From positions 256,768 through 320,767 of IMG/VR virus record IMGVR_UViG_3300046092_000062: a stretch of DNA of 64,000 nt, one strand, 5' to 3'. Below are positions 27,840 through 36,081 of the stretch, one piece after another (position 1 is the first letter of the stretch; the number at the start of each line of letters is the position of its first letter). The position numbers and the translations under genes are program-made. The notes under the pieces were generated by a model. The model ran no database searches and had not been told where the DNA came from. It worked only from the letters and a program-made list of their open reading frames with translations.

Positions 27840-28057
27840 TGGAACAACTATCTCTGGCTATCCGTACATTTAATGATCGGGTAAAACAACTGAACCAAAC
27901 CAATGGCAAGCAAGTGGTCTTGTCTGCACAGGAAGCACGTAGCTTGCACAACGACATCTACGCATTACTTGCAAACGTTGCTGAGTTATCTGCACAAGGC
28001 GGCGCAGTAACAGACGAAGTTATCCAAATTAGTGTTGATGGTGGTGGTTTTAAATAA
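27839..28057 (+). CDS. hypothetical protein
   Basis: TAATG junction. Confidence 0.65.
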   Translation: MEQLSLAIRTFNDRVKQLNQTNGKQVVLSAQEARSLHNDIYALLANVAELSAQGGAVTDEVIQISVDGGGFK

Positions 28058-28074
28058 TATACGTAGATTACTGA

Positions 28075-28082
28075 GATAAATA
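28075..28082 (+). promoter_or_regulatory. late-type promoter
   Basis: GATAAATA in intergenic gap before SD AAGGA. Confidence 0.45.
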
Positions 28083-28103
28083 TTATTATCAAGGAACTAT
28101 GAA

Positions 28104-28391
28104 ATGTCGAGACCTAAGCCAACAGTACTGTTAGAACACGTTAACAAAACCAACTACAAAAGCGATCAAGTATTAGCCAGCGAAGGCATCTGGGCGGTAT
28201 TCTACGATAGTCAGCCTATCAACTTAAAGACTAGCAATGTTTTGATCTCGTATCCGGGACCGAAATATCGTAAGAACTCTTTTAGTAATCCGGGCCATGC
28301 AATTAACTTGGCCAAGAAACTAAACACCCTTTTTAAGACAGACAAATTTACAGTAGTTCTATTAAAAGCCGGTGACCAAGTCTACCCGTAA
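28104..28391 (+). CDS. hypothetical protein
   Basis: SD AAGGA; basic 95 aa. Confidence 0.7.
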   Translation: MSRPKPTVLLEHVNKTNYKSDQVLASEGIWAVFYDSQPINLKTSNVLISYPGPKYRKNSFSNPGHAINLAKKLNTLFKTDKFTVVLLKAGDQVYP

Positions 28392-28740
28392 TCCGCAACA
28401 CGATTGGTTCGTCAAGGCCGTTGTTGCTGCTGGCCTTGAGGTTAGCATGGTCGGCGATGTCACCAAGCTGTGGTGGCGTAACCCATTGAACCACAGCAGC
28501 CTACGACTAACATCAATTGGTCATACCTGGTTCACCAAGCGTTCTAAATTTCCTTCCCACCAAATTGATCTAGTGACAGGCGTAACTGGCAAGCAGATGC
28601 TACAGTTAGAGCGTTTGTTTAAAGAACCTTACTTTATCAAATCCAATAAAAGTATTTTCCTCTATGGCGAGAGTGATGCTATAATGTTGCAGCTACACGC
28701 AGGCAATTTAGGTCAATATTTAGATAACCTGCAAATGTAA
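28372..28740 (+). CDS. hypothetical protein
   Basis: GTG start; IFLYGESDAIMLQL motif. Confidence 0.6.
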   Translation: MTKSTRNPQHDWFVKAVVAAGLEVSMVGDVTKLWWRNPLNHSSLRLTSIGHTWFTKRSKFPSHQIDLVTGVTGKQMLQLERLFKEPYFIKSNKSIFLYGESDAIMLQLHAGNLGQYLDNLQM

Positions 28741-28753
28741 TACTTTAGTGTAA

Positions 28754-28782
28754 TTGACACAATAAGAAATTCCCGTTATAAT
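28754..28782 (+). promoter_or_regulatory. consensus sigma70 promoter
   Basis: perfect TTGACA-17 bp-TATAAT, followed by TACCTGT/ACAGGTA hairpin (28788-28808). Confidence 0.85.
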
Positions 28783-28836
28783 TCGACTACCTGTTTAAGT
28801 TACAGGTAATTCAATCTCTATAAAAAGGAAAATCTT

Positions 28837-30030
28837 ATGGCAACCGCCGCACCAGTCTCTACTCCTGTGCAACGCACAATCAACCGTGGAGCAAATCCGT
28901 TTGCACCAATGGTCATTCAACAAAATGTAAATATGACGCCCCAAGGCGCAGCAAATATTTACGAGCCGCTCACAGTACGTGGCGCACGGGCTCATACCAA
29001 TTCTCATGTGCAGCAAGCACTAAACAATCTTCGCATTCGACTCGGCGGAGAAAAATACACCCACAAACATTTCGGTGAACTGATCTGGGCTAAAATTAGC
29101 GACCTGGACATCAACATCGAGATTCAGCGCGACGAGGATGCAGAACATCAGGCTAACGTGCTTGAACGATTTGATCCACGTATTGCAATGCCTGTGATGG
29201 CAACCAAACTTGCAAACGGTCGTTATAGTGTGTGGGAAGGTCAACAAACTTCCTGCTTGTACTACCATTTGTATACTGCCGGTTTGATCGACGGCGACTT
29301 CCTTGTGCAAGTAAAAGCGTTCGACGAAGACATGGAAGTACCGGGCACAGACTTGCAGGGCGAAGCTGTTGGTAACTATGGTTTCCGCCAAATTAACGGT
29401 GGTGGCCGCAAGGGCATTGATGCGTATCACTTGCATCGTAGTCGAGTTAACGGTGTACGTTTATATGCCAGCAACTTTGACGAAGACGTACAAAGCGAAG
29501 CAATCCAGTGTGCAATGGAAAAGAACAACATGTTCCCAGCAAAGGCTAGCGATGCTCGAGGGCAACTTGCAACACCGGGCATGGTAACTTACATTCATGG
29601 TTTAAACACCATTGCAGGACATGGTACTGACATGAAGTTGTTTAAAAAGTCTATCCAGGACCTGGAGTGGGCGCTTGCGTGGCACAACAAGTACTACCCT
29701 GCTGAAAAGGGTGTAGATGGTGGTTTCATTCTTGCATTTGGTCGGTTGCATCACGCTTCGCGAACTGCTAAGACACCAGTAACATTGACCCCTGCGGTTG
29801 AGCAAGATTTGTACAATCTGTTCCGCTCTGTGTATGGATCTCCCAAGTCCTTTCACAAGGACTGTAAGTCACGCTTGGAAAAGTTCCAAGACGACAACGG
29901 CTTGGTACGTTCATGGAGCGACGGTTGCTTGACCCCGATCCTGGTAATGGATTACTACAATCCTGCCAAGTTTGCTGGTAAACTGAGCTTGCCACAAGTG
30001 CCCGACAGCCAAAAATACGCAGGGTACTAA
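28837..30030 (+). CDS. ParB/Srx-like N-terminal domain protein
   Basis: ISDLDINIEIQR...FDPRIAMPVMA...YSVWEGQQT resembles the ParB-like DGQHR region. Confidence 0.6.
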   Translation: MATAAPVSTPVQRTINRGANPFAPMVIQQNVNMTPQGAANIYEPLTVRGARAHTNSHVQQALNNLRIRLGGEKYTHKHFGELIWAKISDLDINIEIQRDEDAEHQANVLERFDPRIAMPVMATKLANGRYSVWEGQQTSCLYYHLYTAGLIDGDFLVQVKAFDEDMEVPGTDLQGEAVGNYGFRQINGGGRKGIDAYHLHRSRVNGVRLYASNFDEDVQSEAIQCAMEKNNMFPAKASDARGQLATPGMVTYIHGLNTIAGHGTDMKLFKKSIQDLEWALAWHNKYYPAEKGVDGGFILAFGRLHHASRTAKTPVTLTPAVEQDLYNLFRSVYGSPKSFHKDCKSRLEKFQDDNGLVRSWSDGCLTPILVMDYYNPAKFAGKLSLPQVPDSQKYAGY

Positions 30031-30031
30031 A

Positions 30032-30391
30032 ATGACAGCGCCAAAGGTATATTACTTCTATCTTTGGCGTCATCGCTATGTTGATGACGTCACTGAACAA
30101 ATTGTCACCAGGACCTGTCTTGGTATTACAAGCAACCCAGCAAATCGAATTCACGGATACGAAGGACATGTGGGACACCCTGTAAAATTTACAGGATTGT
30201 GGTCGGGCCCAGAACGATTGATCCGCGAAATTGAAGCCAAAATCAAAAGCGATTTCCACAGCTACTTGTTTGTGGGCACAGATAACTATCGTTACGAATG
30301 GATTGATGAGCGTATCGAGCACCAATCCGTGCATGACTGGGTTATGTGGGAAATCGAAAACAGCTACATCGGAATTACTAAGGTGATCTAA
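30032..30391 (+). CDS. GIY-YIG-like (T5orf172-type) nuclease
   Basis: YYFYL...LGITSNPANRIHGY...REIEAKIK...RYEW. Confidence 0.55.
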   Translation: MTAPKVYYFYLWRHRYVDDVTEQIVTRTCLGITSNPANRIHGYEGHVGHPVKFTGLWSGPERLIREIEAKIKSDFHSYLFVGTDNYRYEWIDERIEHQSVHDWVMWEIENSYIGITKVI

Positions 30392-30847
30392 ATGGAAGAC
30401 GAAGAACTAATTTTTAAACGTTTTGCAGAAGACAAGCAGGATCAAGTGCGAGCATTGGTAAACTATGCCACGCTAATGGGCTTGTCGGGTAAGGATCTTG
30501 TTAGCATCGGTGGCAAGCTAGATCGTATCAAAGCTAGTCGTGAGCGTAAACAACGTACTGCGATTGTACAAGGGTATCAAATCAAGCCCATCGGGAAGGA
30601 TGCTAACAAAACCAAAGCCGAACAAGCTCGTGCAGTCAACCGACGATTCAAATTGGAAACTGCCACTGGCGCTTACTACTTTGAACAGCACTACACAGGC
30701 TGGAAGGTTACTAACCCTCGCACCAAAGTGTCTATTAGATATAACAGTGGGTACTACGAATGGGGCCGCGGTGTGATGTATGACGTGCGCGAGCGTTACA
30801 ACTTGCTAATGGACTATCATGAAGGACTGTTACAACTAAACTTCTAA
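30392..30847 (+). CDS. hypothetical protein
   Basis: abuts previous stop; SD AAGG. Confidence 0.65.
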   Translation: MEDEELIFKRFAEDKQDQVRALVNYATLMGLSGKDLVSIGGKLDRIKASRERKQRTAIVQGYQIKPIGKDANKTKAEQARAVNRRFKLETATGAYYFEQHYTGWKVTNPRTKVSIRYNSGYYEWGRGVMYDVRERYNLLMDYHEGLLQLNF

Positions 30848-30869
30848 AACAGAAGTATTAGTTTTGGGC

Positions 30870-30887
30870 TGTTGCGTAATTGCAACA
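30870..30887. repeat. palindromic operator-like motif, copy 1
   Basis: TGTTGC-N6-GCAACA, 15 bp upstream of -35 at 30903. Confidence 0.55.
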
Positions 30888-30902
30888 GCCTGTCGTCTTG
30901 AT

Positions 30903-30931
30903 TTGTCCGAAATGACAAATTATGGTATAAT
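30903..30931 (+). promoter_or_regulatory. early sigma70-type promoter
   Basis: TTGTCC-17 bp-TATAAT with extended TG; leader TACATAGCAAAACAGGAG. Confidence 0.75.
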
Positions 30932-30957
30932 AGATACATAGCAAAACAGGAGTTAGC

Positions 30958-31431
30958 ATGTTTCAAAAGTACACAGACGCACTGGCATTGATGGACGCCA
31001 CAATCGCAGTCAACGATGCTGCTATTGCAGCCAATGGTGAGTATAGTACATGGTACTACAGTGATCGTGGCACAGAGATCAGTGCTCCTATTTGTACCGC
31101 ATGGGACAATCTGTATACTTTTGTACACGCTAATTTTCCTGCTCCGGTTAGCTTTGGAAATTCTCCTTACGCTGATCCAGACAAAGAAAAGTATGCAGCG
31201 GATGTCAACGAAATGATTGCGATGTTTGGCAAGGATCGCGAGACTTTGGAAGAAGAATTGCGTAAGATTCCTCCTGTAATTGCAGAAGTGGCGTTTCCAG
31301 TGTACATTGCACGTCACCTCTTGCGTGATCAGCAGTTGGCAATTAGCATAAACCGTCTAACTACGTTTGACGAGTTTCATAATCGTTACGGTTACATGAT
31401 CATTGAGGGATCAGACAAGCGCCGCAAATAA
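30958..31431 (+). CDS. hypothetical early protein
   Basis: own promoter and SD AGGAG. Confidence 0.75.
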   Translation: MFQKYTDALALMDATIAVNDAAIAANGEYSTWYYSDRGTEISAPICTAWDNLYTFVHANFPAPVSFGNSPYADPDKEKYAADVNEMIAMFGKDRETLEEELRKIPPVIAEVAFPVYIARHLLRDQQLAISINRLTTFDEFHNRYGYMIIEGSDKRRK

Positions 31432-31444
31432 TTGTAGATTTTGG

Positions 31445-31473
31445 TTGACCCGAAATGAAAGATCGGGTATAAT
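31445..31473 (+). promoter_or_regulatory. early sigma70-type promoter
   Basis: TTGACC-17 bp-TATAAT; leader TACATAGCAAAGCAAAACAGGAG nearly identical to the previous one. Confidence 0.8.
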
Positions 31474-31505
31474 AACTACATAGCAAAGCAAAACAGGAGT
31501 TTTAA

Positions 31506-31709
31506 ATGAGTTTCGAAAAACGTGTTCTTAACAAAGTGTCTGACATTCTGGGCACCGATACACCAGCATCGTTCACTAGCGGTACGTTGTTTGTTGTTTG
31601 CACACCACGTGATGCAGCTATGCTAGAGACTGCATTGCTCGACGTCACTAACGGTGGTGTGATTGTTAGCAAGACTCCTGCAGAGTTTGCGTTTGACTTT
31701 GTTGCTTAA
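31506..31709 (+). CDS. hypothetical early protein
   Basis: own promoter and SD AGGAG. Confidence 0.75.
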   Translation: MSFEKRVLNKVSDILGTDTPASFTSGTLFVVCTPRDAAMLETALLDVTNGGVIVSKTPAEFAFDFVA

Positions 31710-31717
31710 TTGCAACA
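31700..31717. repeat. palindromic operator-like motif, copy 2
   Basis: TGTTGC-N6-GCAACA, 15 bp upstream of the -35 position at 31733. Confidence 0.55.
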
Positions 31718-31732
31718 CAAGGCAAAAAGAGT

Positions 31733-31761
31733 TTTTCCAATAAAGAAAAGAGTGTTACAAT
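31733..31761 (+). promoter_or_regulatory. early promoter (extended -10)
   Basis: TTTTCC-17 bp-TACAAT; near-identical to 33348-33381. Confidence 0.6.
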
Positions 31762-31803
31762 ACACTCATAGCAAGAAAACAACTTGCTAGCAAAGTTCAA
31801 GGG

Positions 31804-31821
31804 TGTTGTGTAAAAGCAACA
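31804..31821. repeat. palindromic operator-like motif, copy 3
   Basis: TGTTGT-N6-GCAACA. Confidence 0.5.
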
Positions 31822-31827
31822 CACTAT

Positions 31828-31856
31828 ATGACAAGAAAAGACTCTTGTTGTATAAT
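31828..31856 (+). promoter_or_regulatory. early sigma70-type promoter
   Basis: ATGACA-17 bp-TATAAT upstream of SD AAGGAG. Confidence 0.7.
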
Positions 31857-31899
31857 AAGTTTTTAATGTGTTAGTTAGTCCATTTCAAAGGAGTTAAAA

Positions 31900-33000
31900 A
31901 TGGCAGTTACCGAGTCCCGTTCAGTCACCCCAGGTGAAGCCCGTAGCCGTGTGTTGCGAGCATTTAAAAACAAACGTCCCGTGTTTATGTGGGGCCCTCC
32001 TGGTATCGGTAAGTCCGAGCTCGTGCAAGAGCTGACTGACGAACTCGGCGGTCACATGATTGACTTGCGTTTGGGCCAGATGGAACCCACTGACATTCGT
32101 GGTATTCCTTTCTTCAACAAAGACAACGGCAAGATGGATTGGGCTCCCCCAATTGACCTGCCAGACGACGAGTTGGCTAGCCAATTCCCTGTGGTTGTTT
32201 TGTTCTTGGACGAAATGAACACTGCTGCTCCTGCTGTTCAAGCTGCTGGCTACCAGCTGATTTTGAACCGTCGCGTGGGTAAGTACGTGTTGCCTGATAA
32301 CGTTGTTATCGTGGCTGCAGGTAACCGCGAAAGCGACAAGGGTGTGAGCTACCGTATGCCAAGCCCATTGGCTAACCGTTTCGTCCACTTGGAAGTGCGT
32401 CCGGACTTCGAGTCTTGGCAGACTTGGGCTGTGGGCAAGAAAGTTCACAAGGACGTTGTGGGTTACTTGTCTTACGCCAAGCAATTCTTGTTTGACTTTG
32501 ATCCAAAGTCTTCAAGCCGTGCGTTTGCTACTCCACGTACATGGAGCTTCGTGTCAGACTTCTTGTATGACGAAGAAGCAACTGACGCAGAGTTGATGGA
32601 CTTGATCGCAGGTACTGTCGGCGAAGGTGTTGCTGTGCAGTTTATGGCTCACCGCAAGGTTGCTGGACAAATGCCTAACCCAACTGACATCTTGGCCGGC
32701 AAGGTCAAGGAGTTGAAGGTTAAGGAAGTGAGTGCTATGTACTCCCTGACCATTAGCATGTGCTACGAGTTGCAAGACTCGTACAAGAAGTTGGGCAAGG
32801 ACAAGATGGCTGACTGGCATGCCCAGGCTGACAACTTCCTGAGCTTTATGATGGCTAACTTCACTACTGAGTTGGTTGTTATGGGTGCTCGAGTTGCGTT
32901 GACAACTTACAACCTGCCAATGGTGCCAGGCAAGATGCCGAACTTTGACGAGTTCCACAAGCGTTTTGGCAAGTACATCATCGCAGCTTCTGGCAAGTAA
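31900..33000 (+). CDS. MoxR-like AAA+ ATPase
   Basis: Walker A GPPGIGKS, Walker B LFLDEMN, sensor AAGN, Arg finger ANRF, TPRTW. Confidence 0.9.
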   Translation: MAVTESRSVTPGEARSRVLRAFKNKRPVFMWGPPGIGKSELVQELTDELGGHMIDLRLGQMEPTDIRGIPFFNKDNGKMDWAPPIDLPDDELASQFPVVVLFLDEMNTAAPAVQAAGYQLILNRRVGKYVLPDNVVIVAAGNRESDKGVSYRMPSPLANRFVHLEVRPDFESWQTWAVGKKVHKDVVGYLSYAKQFLFDFDPKSSSRAFATPRTWSFVSDFLYDEEATDAELMDLIAGTVGEGVAVQFMAHRKVAGQMPNPTDILAGKVKELKVKEVSAMYSLTISMCYELQDSYKKLGKDKMADWHAQADNFLSFMMANFTTELVVMGARVALTTYNLPMVPGKMPNFDEFHKRFGKYIIAASGK

Positions 33001-33011
33001 TTGCTGTTAAC

Positions 33012-33036
33012 AAAAAGGGGCTTAGGCCCCTTTTTT
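33012..33036 (+). terminator. intrinsic terminator (bidirectional)
   Basis: AAAAA-GGGGC-TTAG-GCCCC-TTTTTT. Confidence 0.85.
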
Positions 33037-33040
33037 CACT

Positions 33041-33337
33041 ATGTCACATACACAATACAGTATAGTTAAGATGGACAAGCGCCATAAAGGGTTTGGCGTG
33101 TTCACCTATTACGTTGATTTCTGGAAAACAAAAGAACACCTGAGAAATCCAAGTGTGATGATGCAGGATTTCAATGCCCGTCGAGTGTGGTGTTGGGAGA
33201 ACTTTGGTCCAGGACTAGAGTTGGATTACACTACATGGGGCACAGATGCAAGTTGGGCGTGGTGGCGTGATACTAGTCATATGCAACTTTACTTCGCAGA
33301 TGCCAGTTTAAGTGCATACCTACTGTATTGGGACTAA
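33041..33337 (+). CDS. hypothetical protein (dispersed small phage family)
   Basis: WCWENFG...QLYFADASLSAYLLYW. Confidence 0.6.
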   Translation: MSHTQYSIVKMDKRHKGFGVFTYYVDFWKTKEHLRNPSVMMQDFNARRVWCWENFGPGLELDYTTWGTDASWAWWRDTSHMQLYFADASLSAYLLYWD

Positions 33338-33347
33338 AATGGTCAAC

Positions 33348-33376
33348 TTGACCAATAAAGAAAACAGTGTTATAAT
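33348..33376 (+). promoter_or_regulatory. early sigma70-type promoter
   Basis: TTGACC-17 bp-TATAAT with extended TG. Confidence 0.8.
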
Positions 33377-33401
33377 ACACTTAGTTTAAAAAGGAACACA
33401 A

Positions 33402-34673
33402 ATGTCTGAATCTACACAAGCAGAAAAGCCAAAAGTTAAAACAGTTACAGATCCCAAAGTGGATGCTGCTGCTCGCGAAAAACTGATTACTGCCCGTATT
33501 GGCTTGCTGTTGAAGGCTCCCTTCTTTGGCAACTTAGCTACACGCATGGCGCTCACTAACGCAGATGAGTGGTGCGGTACTGCTGCTACTGACGGTCGCA
33601 AGTTCTACTACAACAGCGAGTTCGTGAACAAAATGCCACTCAAGCAAGTTGAGTTCTTGGTAGGTCACGAAGTGCTCCACGCTGTTTACGACCACATGGG
33701 ACGCCGAGGCGACCGTGATCCAAAGATCTCTAACATTGCTGCTGACTTCTGTGTCAACGCAGACTTGATCGACCAGAAGGTCGGTGAGAAGATCACTGTA
33801 GTGGGTATGCTGTACGATCCTAAGTACAAAGGCATGAGCATGGAAGAAGTCTACGACGACTTGATGCAAAACGCCAACAAAATGGACATCAGTAAGATGT
33901 TGAGTCAAGTGTTGGACGAGCATTTGGACGGCGAAGGCGATGACGAAGATGGCGACGGTGATGGCAATAAAGACGGCAATGGTCGTCCTAAGCTGAGTGC
34001 CGCAGAAAAGAAAGCAATCAAAGATGAGCTGAAAGAAGCCATGATTGCTGCTGCACAAGCTGTTGGTGCAGGTAACTTGCCCGCAGGTGTTAAGCGTCTT
34101 GTTAAAGACATGCTGGAGCCACAAATTTCTTGGAAAGAGCTGTTGGAGCAACAAATCCAAAGCACTATCAAGAGTGACTACACCTTTGCACGTCCTGGCC
34201 GTAAGAGCTGGCACATGGATGCTATCTTGCCTGCACAAAAGCCCGGCGAGACCATTGACGTTGTGATTGGTATTGACACTTCTGGTTCTATTACCGACCA
34301 CGACTTGAAGATCTTCTTGAGCGAGATCAAAGGCATTATGGAATCGTACGATGAGTACAAGATCCACGTAATGGGTTGGGATACTCAAGTTCACAACCAC
34401 GCAGACTTTACAAGTGAAAACTTGGAAGACATTGCAGGCTTTGTGCCAGGCGGTGGTGGTGGTACTGATCCAATGTGCGTGTGGGAACGCTTAATCGAAG
34501 AAGGCATTGAGCCTAAGAAGCTGATCATGTTTACTGACTACTGCTTCTTTGGTTGGACTCCAGACAAGGTTGCTAACTACTGCGACACTGTGTGGATTAT
34601 CAAAGGTAACCCAAGTGCCGAGCCCGAGTTTGGTGTGTGGGCACATTACGAAAACGCTGCGAAAGGCAAATGA
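33402..34673 (+). CDS. HExxH metallopeptidase-like + vWA domain protein (DUF2201-type)
   Basis: TAATDG, HEVLH, acidic linker, MIDAS IDTSGS, GGGGTD, FTD. Confidence 0.88.
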   Translation: MSESTQAEKPKVKTVTDPKVDAAAREKLITARIGLLLKAPFFGNLATRMALTNADEWCGTAATDGRKFYYNSEFVNKMPLKQVEFLVGHEVLHAVYDHMGRRGDRDPKISNIAADFCVNADLIDQKVGEKITVVGMLYDPKYKGMSMEEVYDDLMQNANKMDISKMLSQVLDEHLDGEGDDEDGDGDGNKDGNGRPKLSAAEKKAIKDELKEAMIAAAQAVGAGNLPAGVKRLVKDMLEPQISWKELLEQQIQSTIKSDYTFARPGRKSWHMDAILPAQKPGETIDVVIGIDTSGSITDHDLKIFLSEIKGIMESYDEYKIHVMGWDTQVHNHADFTSENLEDIAGFVPGGGGGTDPMCVWERLIEEGIEPKKLIMFTDYCFFGWTPDKVANYCDTVWIIKGNPSAEPEFGVWAHYENAAKGK

Positions 34674-34674
34674 G

Positions 34675-35037
34675 ATGACACAAGCAACTAACACAACCGA
34701 AGTGAGCGAAGATGGTATGTCTGCTGAAAAGTGGGAGGGCATGACCGACGCCGAGAAGGCCAAGTATGCCCGTAGTCAAGAGAATTATCTCAATGCTCCC
34801 GCTGACATGCAAGATGCGATTGATCGCATTATGGAACTCGAGATGCGTCTCGAGGACCTGGCCCGTGCAAGTGAGATTGTTGAGATTACTCGACAATTTG
34901 AATTGTTCGAGGGCTTCCGACGTGAAGCAGAAGCTGCACTAGAAAAGAAAATCACAATCGACCGTCCTATTCCAACAGAGAAGATGAAGATTACCATTAT
35001 CACCAACGACGAAGCTGACGCAAAGGAGAAAGCATAA
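34675..35037 (+). CDS. hypothetical protein
   Basis: acidic coiled-coil; ATG 34675 chosen. Confidence 0.65.
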   Translation: MTQATNTTEVSEDGMSAEKWEGMTDAEKAKYARSQENYLNAPADMQDAIDRIMELEMRLEDLARASEIVEITRQFELFEGFRREAEAALEKKITIDRPIPTEKMKITIITNDEADAKEKA

Positions 35038-35729
35038 TGTTTGCAACTGGAATTTATCGAGATGCGGCAGGCATCAATCAAGCAATGGGTCGCGTGTATT
35101 TTTACATGATGACTGCTGTACTTAACAGTATGATTGTTAGTTTCCTAGTGGGACACAATCATGAACTGATGCAATTCTTTTTCACTGGTGCAATGAAATG
35201 GGTTGTGTTGTTTGCACCCTTAGTGGCGATTTTCTTTATCACTCCCGCTATTGCTGCTGACCCGCCTGCATCAGTATCAGTTGGACTGCTGCATGTATTT
35301 GCTGCACTAATGGGATTGAGTATGTCGGCCATCTTTGTAGTCTACTCAATGGGCAGTATCTTTACCGCGTTCATGGGCGCTGCTGTGCTGTTTGGTGTAA
35401 TGAGCATTTATGGATACTTTACCAAGAAGGATCTAAGTGGCATGGGACAGATGCTGTTCGTTGCACTCATTGCAATCATTATTGCCAGCTTGATTAACAT
35501 CTTTATTGGCAGCACTGTAATGCAGATGGTTATTAGTGCTATTGCGATTGTGATCTTTTTGGGATTCACTGCATACGACACTCAGCAAATCCGAGAAGCA
35601 GTTAGTGTTGAGGGCGAAGATACTACTTCTGTAGAAGTACTCGGAGCACTGAATCTGTATCTAGACTTCATTAACTTGTTTGTTAACTTGCTGCAACTGA
35701 TTGGTGTTGCCCCGGGCAACGATGACTAA
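35037..35729 (+). CDS. Bax inhibitor-1/YccA family membrane protein
   Basis: ~7 TM helices; TKKDLSGMG, TAYDTQQI, ALNLYLDFINLF. Confidence 0.9.
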   Translation: MFATGIYRDAAGINQAMGRVYFYMMTAVLNSMIVSFLVGHNHELMQFFFTGAMKWVVLFAPLVAIFFITPAIAADPPASVSVGLLHVFAALMGLSMSAIFVVYSMGSIFTAFMGAAVLFGVMSIYGYFTKKDLSGMGQMLFVALIAIIIASLINIFIGSTVMQMVISAIAIVIFLGFTAYDTQQIREAVSVEGEDTTSVEVLGALNLYLDFINLFVNLLQLIGVAPGNDD

Positions 35730-36019
35730 TGCTAAAGCATAACGAAGTCAATCCGCTTGCTGTTTTTGGATTGCGAAGGGTAGATCACTGCCCTCCGCAT
35801 TTCACTAAGGTAACGTTTGATCTTGCAACCCAAGAGAAAACGATTACCGATTGGATTTGGGAACACTTAGATGGTCGCTTTTACATAGGCGACTTCTACA
35901 TCGAATCCACTGGTAGCGGAGTTAACATGCAAAAAATGGTTGCATTTGAAAGTCCCGGAGAAGCCAGCTATTTCAGTCTAATACTGGACACCATTAACCA
36001 GTATCAATCAGACTTCTAA
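35729..36019 (+). CDS. hypothetical protein (dispersed small phage family)
   Basis: DWIWEHLDGRF...VAFESPGEASYFSL. Confidence 0.7.
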   Translation: MLKHNEVNPLAVFGLRRVDHCPPHFTKVTFDLATQEKTITDWIWEHLDGRFYIGDFYIESTGSGVNMQKMVAFESPGEASYFSLILDTINQYQSDF

Positions 36020-36034
36020 GAAATTTTTCGTCTC

Positions 36035-36081
36035 TGTGATCCTATCGTAAATAACTATAGTTATTACGCATAGGATACACA
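36035..36081 (+). promoter_or_regulatory. SD-occluding hairpin containing late-type promoter TAAATA
   Basis: TGTGATCCTATCGTAAATAAC-TATA-GTTATTACGCATAGGATACACA; TAAATA at 36048-36053. Confidence 0.6.

Noticed and set aside
31921-34400. Long antisense ORFs (31921-32484, 32554-32958, 33534-34400)
   Set aside because: In register with the sense genes and explained by avoidance of CTA/TTA/TCA codons
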